From: an uncultured archaeon
GTDB taxonomy: Archaea > Asgardarchaeota > Thorarchaeia > Thorarchaeales > Thorarchaeaceae
Assembly (NCBI GenBank): GCA_964354495.1
Contig: CAYHAA010000014.1
Coordinates: forward strand, 9,361 to 41,360
Reading direction: 5' to 3'
DNA length: 32,000 bases
The position numbers and the translations under genes were made by a program. The notes beneath the pieces are model-generated. The model searched no databases. It was given only the letters and a program-made list of their open reading frames with translations, and had not been told where the DNA came from. Below, piece after piece: positions 26,332 to 32,000 of the stretch (its first letter is position 1; every line of letters starts with the position of its first letter).

Positions 26332-28086
26332 TTGTCAGACGCAAAGGAAGAACCACGAATCGGCGTATTCGTTTGTCATTGCGGTCATAACATAGCAGGT
26401 ACTGTTGATGTGGTTTCAGTTGCAGCAATGGCCAGGGAACTACCAAACGTCGTATTCTCAACAGATGAGATGTTCATGTGTTCGGATGCAGGACAGACCC
26501 TGATCAAGGAGAAAATCAAGGAACTCAACCTCAATAGAGTAGTTGTTGCAAGCTGTTCACCAAGGATGCATGAGCCAACTTTCCGTCGTGTTGTTGAGGA
26601 GGCTGATGTCAACAGATATCTGTTCGATCAAGTGAACCTCAGAGAGCACGTTAGCTGGTGCCATTCGAGGGAACCCGAGAAGGCAACAGAGAAGGCAAAG
26701 GACCTTGTTCGCATGTCAGTAGCCAGAGCTGCAAAACTGGAGAGTCTGCCAATTAAATCGGTGGAAGTCATTCCGAAGACACTTATCATTGGGGGTGGAA
26801 TTGCCGGTCTCAGGGCATCTCTGGACATAGCAGAGCGTGGCTTTGACGTGATTCTTGTGGAGAAGGATAGACAGCTTGGAGGCAATGTAGCCAAATGGAC
26901 CCATCTCTTCCCCACGGATGACTCGGGCGCTCAGGTCATCGGGCCTCTCATCAGTGATGTGAAGAAGCACAAGCGCATCAAGATTCACACGCGAAGCAAG
27001 GTGTCCGACTTTGATGGATTCGTTGGGAACTTCGGTGTCAAGATTAAGAATCTAGACACTGAGAAAAAACGTCGATATGAGGTAGGCGCTGTCATAGTTG
27101 CCACTGGGTTTGAGCCCTTCAAGCCTGTAGGCTATTATGGCTACGGAACTCATCCTGATATCATCACGCTTGCAGAGCTCCAGGAGATGAAACCAAATGA
27201 AATGCTGCTCAGACCAAGCGATGGCAAACCTGTCAAGAAGCTCGTCTTCATTGGCTGTGTTGGATCTCGAGAACCTGGCAAAAAGGGGCATGAGCATTGC
27301 TCAAGACACTGCTGCTCCGCAACAGCCAAGGCTGCAGGAGACCTCAGAGATCGTGTTGATGAGGCGCTCGTCCTCTATCAGGACATTAGGACCTATGGAA
27401 AGGGTCACGAGGAATTCTACAGGCTTGCGCGGCAAAAGCATGTGATTTATAGCAAGTTTCCGCAAGATGCAAAACCAGAGGTCACAATAAAGAGGGGCAA
27501 AGTACACCTGAGGTGGTTCGATGTGCTTGCCGGTGTTGAGCTTGAGTTCGAACCTGATTTGCTTGTGCTCGCATCAGCGATGATTCCACCTGCGGATATG
27601 GATGAAACGGCAAAGATGTTCAGTCTCACAAGAAGCGGTGACGGGTTCTTCAATCCGGAGCATATCAAGCTTGCACCACTGACGACCCACACAGCTGGTG
27701 TGATGATAGCTGGTGCTGCTCAAGCTGCAAAGAATGCATCTGAATCAGTGATCGATGCGAGTGGCGCCGCAGCGAAGGCTGTGAGCCTCATGGCTCAGGG
27801 AAAGGTTGAGATTGAGTCTACTGTTTCACACGTGATCTCAGAGCTCTGCTCATCCTGTCGCACCTGCGTCACTGCGTGCCCATATGGCGCAATTTCAATG
27901 GATTCGGAGCATGACCCACCTATCGCATTTGTTACAGAGGCGAAATGCAAGGGCTGCGGGACATGCGCTGCTGCCTGTCCTAGCAGTGCAATCATCATGT
28001 ATCATTCCACGGATGAGCAAATCATGGCCATGGTGGAGGCATATCTATGCACGACACCAGAGGCTCAGGGAGGTGGTTCAGCATGA
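26332..28086 (+). CDS. hdrA: Partial HdrA: N-terminal domain plus FAD core plus C-terminal 2x[4Fe-4S], lacking the inserted ferredoxin
   Basis: RIGVFVCHCG..FMCS..SCSP..NLREHVSWCH, GGGIAG, CVGSR..CSRHCC, and CSSCRTCVTACP / CKGCGTCAAACP. TTG start. Confidence 0.93.
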   Translation: MSDAKEEPRIGVFVCHCGHNIAGTVDVVSVAAMARELPNVVFSTDEMFMCSDAGQTLIKEKIKELNLNRVVVASCSPRMHEPTFRRVVEEADVNRYLFDQVNLREHVSWCHSREPEKATEKAKDLVRMSVARAAKLESLPIKSVEVIPKTLIIGGGIAGLRASLDIAERGFDVILVEKDRQLGGNVAKWTHLFPTDDSGAQVIGPLISDVKKHKRIKIHTRSKVSDFDGFVGNFGVKIKNLDTEKKRRYEVGAVIVATGFEPFKPVGYYGYGTHPDIITLAELQEMKPNEMLLRPSDGKPVKKLVFIGCVGSREPGKKGHEHCSRHCCSATAKAAGDLRDRVDEALVLYQDIRTYGKGHEEFYRLARQKHVIYSKFPQDAKPEVTIKRGKVHLRWFDVLAGVELEFEPDLLVLASAMIPPADMDETAKMFSLTRSGDGFFNPEHIKLAPLTTHTAGVMIAGAAQAAKNASESVIDASGAAAKAVSLMAQGKVEIESTVSHVISELCSSCRTCVTACPYGAISMDSEHDPPIAFVTEAKCKGCGTCAAACPSSAIIMYHSTDEQIMAMVEAYLCTTPEAQGGGSA

Positions 28087-28529
28087 CTGCTGAAACAACC
28101 GTACCTGCTACAACAGAAAAAGAGTGGGAGCCCCGTATTGTTGCATACTGCTGCAACTGGTGCAGCTATGCAGGGGCCGACTTGGCTGGAACAAGTCGAA
28201 TACAGTATCCAACGAACGCAAGAATCGTTAGAGTGAACTGCACTGGCAGGCTGACCCCGGAGTTTGTTCTTGCCGCTCTGGACATGGGTGCTGACGGCGT
28301 TCTTGTTTCTGGGTGCCACCCCGGAGACTGTCACTATACAAGCGGCAATCTGAAGGCTCGCGCTCGGTGGGCACTAATGGAGATGGCGCTTGAACAAGCT
28401 GGAGTAGACCCGCGTAGGGTTCGCTTGCAGTGGGCCTCAGCCTCTGAGGCTCAAATCTTCGCTGATGGTGTAAAGGCGATCACAAAACAAGTAAAAGAAC
28501 TGGGTCCAATCAGGAGTGAATGGAAATGA
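28083..28529 (+). CDS. mvhD: MvhD [2Fe-2S] hydrogenase delta subunit
   Basis: YCCNWCSYAGAD..RVNCTGR..GCHPGDCHY..WASASE. ATG 28083 overlaps the hdrA stop (ATGA). All ligands are Cys, with no TGA. Confidence 0.96.
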   Translation: MTAETTVPATTEKEWEPRIVAYCCNWCSYAGADLAGTSRIQYPTNARIVRVNCTGRLTPEFVLAALDMGADGVLVSGCHPGDCHYTSGNLKARARWALMEMALEQAGVDPRRVRLQWASASEAQIFADGVKAITKQVKELGPIRSEWK

Positions 28530-28762
28530 GTAAGATGTTTGTTAACTTCTTCAGTCAGAAGCGCGGAGATGTAAGAAAGCAGCGCAAAGCGATCGAGGAT
28601 GTCCTGAAAGCGGGACCTTCCACAGTATCCAAGCTCGCAGAAGCCACGGGATTCGAGAAGAACTTGGTCGTCTGGAACCTCATGGGTATGCTGCGCTGGG
28701 GTGCTGTTGAGGTCGCCAGTGAAGAGGGCGTTGAGCTCACTTACGTCTTGAAGGAGGCTTAG
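28526..28762 (+). CDS. Small winged helix-turn-helix protein inside the hdr-mvh operon
   Basis: AIEDVLKAGPSTVSKLAEATGFEKNLVVWNLMGMLRWGAVEV fits an ArsR/MarR-like wHTH pattern. ATGA overlap with mvhD and an SD for the next gene at its end. Confidence 0.75.
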   Translation: MSKMFVNFFSQKRGDVRKQRKAIEDVLKAGPSTVSKLAEATGFEKNLVVWNLMGMLRWGAVEVASEEGVELTYVLKEA

Positions 28763-28764
28763 TT

Positions 28765-29688
28765 CTGGCCAATCCTGTTTCCATCGCCATGGGTCAGGGC
28801 AGCTCCTGTTGGGGCTGTTTCCAGAGCCTGGTCGATATCCATATGAATCTGGCCACAGTTCTGCCAGCCTTGGATATCAAGTACTGGCAATGTGTCGTGG
28901 ACTACAAGCTCTCAGACCTTGAGAATTATCCCGAAAAATCGATTGCTCTGGGCCTGTTTGAAGGCACTGCTCGGACTGAGGAAGATGTCCATCTTCTGAA
29001 GGTCATGAGAGAAAAGTGCCAGACACTGATTTCCTTTGGGTCTTGCTCATGTTTTGGCGGCATTCCTGGACTTGCCAATTTCTATGACATTGAAGAATGT
29101 CTTGATGTCAAGTTTCGTGAGAATAAGACGGTGACTGGAGGACAGGTTCCATCAGAGAACGTGCCCGGTATCGAACCTGTGGTTCGACCAAACTCAGATA
29201 TCGTTGATTTCGATATATACCTCCCTGGGTGTCCCCCTACTTCGAAACTCATACTCGCTGCAGTGACTGCATTGCTTGAAGGAAAGCCAATCGAGCTGCC
29301 GCCTCATACCGTCTGTCACTACTGTGCTCGCGAGAAGAAAGAGACCCCAATTACTGCCATCAAGCGTCCCTATCAGGGAATAGCCGACCCAGACAGGTGT
29401 CTGCTTGAGCAGGGCTACATTTGCCTTGGCTCAGCGACCTGGGGCCTATGCGAGGGGCAGTGTGTAAACAAAGGAGCGACATGTCGTGGATGCTTTGGGC
29501 CTCCGCCTCCCATAATGCAGGACCACGGAGCGAATTCAATGTCAATGCTAGGCACTTATGCTCCTCTGACACCTGAAGAACTCAAAGAACAAGTGAAGGA
29601 CCCACTTGGACTATTCTATAGATTCACCTATGCAACAAGCCACCTTGGTTCAATACGCATCAAACGTGAGGAGGCGAAGAACAAGTGA
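28765..29688 (+). CDS. mvhG: MvhG/VhuG [NiFe]-hydrogenase small subunit (group 3c)
   Basis: SSCWGC, FEGT, FGSCSCFGGIPGL, LPGCPP, VCHYC, CLLEQGYICLG..C..QC..CRGCFGP. The proposed start is CTG 28765; the first ATG is at 28789. Confidence 0.93.
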   Translation: MANPVSIAMGQGSSCWGCFQSLVDIHMNLATVLPALDIKYWQCVVDYKLSDLENYPEKSIALGLFEGTARTEEDVHLLKVMREKCQTLISFGSCSCFGGIPGLANFYDIEECLDVKFRENKTVTGGQVPSENVPGIEPVVRPNSDIVDFDIYLPGCPPTSKLILAAVTALLEGKPIELPPHTVCHYCAREKKETPITAIKRPYQGIADPDRCLLEQGYICLGSATWGLCEGQCVNKGATCRGCFGPPPPIMQDHGANSMSMLGTYAPLTPEELKEQVKDPLGLFYRFTYATSHLGSIRIKREEAKNK

Positions 29689-31001
29689 CGGATGAGAAGA
29701 CGATTAGAATCGACCCAGTGACCCGACTTGAAGGACATGGCTCACTCACGATCAAGCTTGGCAAAGACGGAAAAGTCAAGGATCTCCAGTTCAATGTCAA
29801 CTCGACGAGATTCTTCGAGAAATTCTTGGAGGGTCGTCCCATGGAGGAGGCTCCGAGAATCGCTCCACGTATCTGTGGTATCTGTCCTATCCCCCATCAC
29901 CTTGCGTCTGTGAAGGCAGTCGAGGCTGCATGGGATGTCACACCACCCCCTGCTGCTGTGAAGATCAGAAGGCTGATGATGGAGGCTAAGCAGCTCTCGA
30001 GCCATGCGATTCACTTCTATGCTCTTGCTGCTCCCGACTTCGTCTTTGGTCCCTTTGCTGATCCAGCAGTAAGAAATGTTGCAGCTGTCTTGAAGTATTT
30101 GCCTAATGTAGCAGTACAAGCCATCAAGCTAATGGAGTTCGGTCAAGAACTCATTAAGACTGTTGGAGCCAAGGCAATCCACCCAACAACAGCCATCCCC
30201 GGTGGTCAACTGACTCCTATGAAGGAGGAGGACCGTGATTACTGGCTTGGCAAAGTTCCTGAGATGCTTGAGAATGTCAATAAGACAGTAGAACTGGCAA
30301 AGACTGTTGTCAACGCCTACATTGACGTTGTGACCAAGATCGCTGTTGTCCCGACATACTACATTGGACTGGCGAACAAAGGCGCTCTGGACATCTATGA
30401 TGGAACAGTTCGTGTCATGGACCCGAAGGGCAAGATTGTCGCTGACTTCGAGCCCAAAGACTACACCAAGTACTACGGAGAGCACGTATCAGAGCATAGC
30501 TATGCAACTCATATCTACTACAAGCCTGCAGGATACCCTGAAGGCATCTGGAGAGCCAACACTCTTGCACGATGCAATGTCGCAGACAAGATGGCAACTC
30601 CCCTTGCTGATACGGCACTGAAGGAGATGAGAGGACTTATCGGAAGACCTTCGCACCACACCTTTGCGTATCACTATGCGCGAATAGTGGAGCTGGTGCA
30701 AGCTGCTGAGTCGATCAAGAAGCTATTGGAAGACCCAGAGATTGTGAGCACCGATGTGAAGCTCTCAGATGTTGAACCGAAGGCCGGTGATGGTGTTGGC
30801 ATTGTAGAGGCTCCACGAGGGACTCTTCTGCATAACTATGTGAGTGATGACAAGGGTATGCTTGTGAAGGCGAACCTTATCGTAGCTACAAACAACAACA
30901 TCGCAGGTATTGAGAAGAGCCTCATGGTGGCTGCAAAGCAGATCTTTGAGGACAAGGCTCACGAGAGTCTGAAACTACCTGACCCAATGGTGAAGACCTA
31001 G
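29685..31001 (+). CDS. vhuA: MvhA/VhuA [NiFe]-hydrogenase large subunit, N-terminal polypeptide lacking the C-terminal L2 motif
   Basis: IDPVTRLEGH, L1 motif RICGICPIPH and VEAPRGTLLH are present. It ends at TAG 30999-31001 with no DPCxxCxxH. GTGA overlap with mvhG. Confidence 0.95.
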   Translation: MTDEKTIRIDPVTRLEGHGSLTIKLGKDGKVKDLQFNVNSTRFFEKFLEGRPMEEAPRIAPRICGICPIPHHLASVKAVEAAWDVTPPPAAVKIRRLMMEAKQLSSHAIHFYALAAPDFVFGPFADPAVRNVAAVLKYLPNVAVQAIKLMEFGQELIKTVGAKAIHPTTAIPGGQLTPMKEEDRDYWLGKVPEMLENVNKTVELAKTVVNAYIDVVTKIAVVPTYYIGLANKGALDIYDGTVRVMDPKGKIVADFEPKDYTKYYGEHVSEHSYATHIYYKPAGYPEGIWRANTLARCNVADKMATPLADTALKEMRGLIGRPSHHTFAYHYARIVELVQAAESIKKLLEDPEIVSTDVKLSDVEPKAGDGVGIVEAPRGTLLHNYVSDDKGMLVKANLIVATNNNIAGIEKSLMVAAKQIFEDKAHESLKLPDPMVKT

Positions 31002-31052
31002 AAAATGACCATACCTCAGGATTATAAAGCGGAGAAGGAAATGTGAAATATA

Positions 31053-31205
31053 GTGTCAGAAGAAATCCCTGAAGGAGTACTGAACCTCCTGGAAATGGTG
31101 GTTCGGTGCTATGACTGCTGACTATCATGCGGCGCTCATCTGGTCGTCGTCGACGATGAGGGTCGCGAGATAGTCAGGAAGGAGCTTGTGACCGGCGGCG
31201 GATGA
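31053..31205 (+). CDS. vhuU: VhuU-like selenoprotein: separate C-terminal peptide of the hydrogenase large subunit (50 aa, Sec at TGA 31119-31121)
   Basis: Translated by hand: MSEEIPEGVLNLLEMVVRCYDC-U-LSCGAHLVVVDDEGREIVRKELVTGGG. It matches the missing L2 motif (NLxEMxxRAYDPCLSCxxH) with TGA at the first Ni-ligand Cys. An alternative in-frame ATG lies at 31005. Confidence 0.92.
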
Positions 31206-31239
31206 AGGCACGGCCCCAAAATCATGGGCCGAGTCTAAC
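31202..31239 (+). promoter_or_regulatory. SECIS-like RNA hairpin (AUGA / 11-bp helix / AAAA loop)
   Basis: ATGA-AGGCACGGCCC-CAAAATCAT-GGGCCGAGTCT-AAC. Ten of 11 positions pair (one G-U, one A.A mismatch) and the apical loop is A-rich. The 3' core reads AA instead of the canonical GA. Confidence 0.65.
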
Positions 31240-31249
31240 ACACCCTGCA

Positions 31250-31291
31250 AAGGTGCGCTGGTCGCACTCCTTCCATCCTTTGTCCTTTTCC
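31250..31291 (+). terminator. Hairpin plus pyrimidine tract, possible terminator of the hdr-mvh operon
   Basis: GTGCG-ctggt-CGCAC (31253-31267) flanked by AAG/CTT, followed by ccatcctttgtccttttcc. Confidence 0.4.
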
Positions 31292-31378
31292 AGAGAGTTC
31301 TCAGCCATTATCCCCTATTTCCGTCTAGATTAATAGTAAGCTCGCGGCTAGATACCGACAGCATCAAGGGTGATAGGA

Positions 31379-32000
31379 TTGGATGCTATCGACAAGCAAC
31401 TCTGGATAGAACTAGGTCGGAATTGCCGGCACTCCTACAGGTATCTAGCTGACAAGATTGGGATTAGTTCAAATGCAGTCATGCAACGTGTTGCGAAGTT
31501 GCTGGAAACCGGTGTCATTCGGAAGTGGTATCTGGCATTCCGTCCTGCAATGATTGATGCCCAGTTCGCCTTCATCGAAGTGAAAACGGATGGAAGCCAA
31601 GACGAAGACGGGCTCCTCAAGACCCTTGGCACCAATCCAATGATCTTTTGTCTTCTTCCCTTAACGACTGGAGACTTTGCCCTGCATGCGTTCTACATAG
31701 GCGCCGCCTCTTTGCTTGAATTGACGTCTTTCATTCGTTCCGTGGATGGCGTCATTGATGTCAAAGTGCATCCGACAACAGCCAATGCTGGGAGGAAGAT
31801 GAAGTTGGGACCATTGCACCTGCGGATCCTTCCATGGCTAGCAAGAGACCCGAGGGCGAGCATCTCTGATATTGCTAGGGATTCAGGGCTCACAGCTCGG
31901 AGAGTCAAAAGGCTGGTCGATGAGCTTGTCGAGAGTGATGCGTTTGACTTCTCTTTCGTCTGGAATCCAAACGCTGGAGAAGGTATGGCGTTTATTTCTA
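31379..32000 (+). CDS. Tandem (double) Lrp/AsnC-family transcriptional regulator, runs off the window edge
   Basis: Translated by hand from TTG 31379, open to the window end. First HTH: DAIDKQLWIELGRNCRHSYRYLADKIGISSNAVMQRVAKLLETGVI. Second HTH: HLRILPWLARDPRASISDIARDSGLTARRVKRLVDELVESD. Confidence 0.88.
   Translation, partial: MDAIDKQLWIELGRNCRHSYRYLADKIGISSNAVMQRVAKLLETGVIRKWYLAFRPAMIDAQFAFIEVKTDGSQDEDGLLKTLGTNPMIFCLLPLTTGDFALHAFYIGAASLLELTSFIRSVDGVIDVKVHPTTANAGRKMKLGPLHLRILPWLARDPRASISDIARDSGLTARRVKRLVDELVESDAFDFSFVWNPNAGEGMAFIS

Noticed and set aside
1-32000. CRISPR arrays, tRNA/rRNA genes, transposases
   Set aside because: None recognised by eye. A tRNA-Sec was looked for in the larger spacers and not found, but tRNAscan-SE/Infernal would be needed to exclude it.

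Overview
Archaeal window, most likely from an Asgard archaeon (Thorarchaeota-like). This is inferred from a Rab-like GTPase, a tandem Lrp regulator and a split Sec-containing hydrogenase, not proven. The left ~20 kb is a patchwork: ABC substrate-binding protein, GNAT, SAM methyltransferase, a ubiquitin-fold MoaD/ThiS protein, a SRAP pseudogene, a decayed corrinoid-methyltransferase module cut by a LAGLIDADG-like ORF, rubredoxin, thioredoxin, a small GTPase next to a Yip1-like gene, TldD/PmbA, an M48 protease with an EF-hand-like loop, an MFS transporter and an aldehyde:ferredoxin oxidoreductase. The right ~11 kb is one tightly coupled hdr-mvh operon: hdrL-like A, hdrC, hdrB, two complementary partial hdrA genes, mvhD, a small wHTH gene, mvhG and mvhA. 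The main result is that MvhA lacks its C-terminal Ni-binding motif. That motif is encoded by a small downstream gene absent from the ORF track (VhuU-like, 31053-31205) whose Ni-ligand codon is an in-frame TGA (selenocysteine, RCYDC-U-LSCGAH). A eukaryote-style SECIS-like hairpin follows it and overlaps its stop codon, and a second in-frame TGA lies upstream. All calls come from motif recognition; no searches were run.
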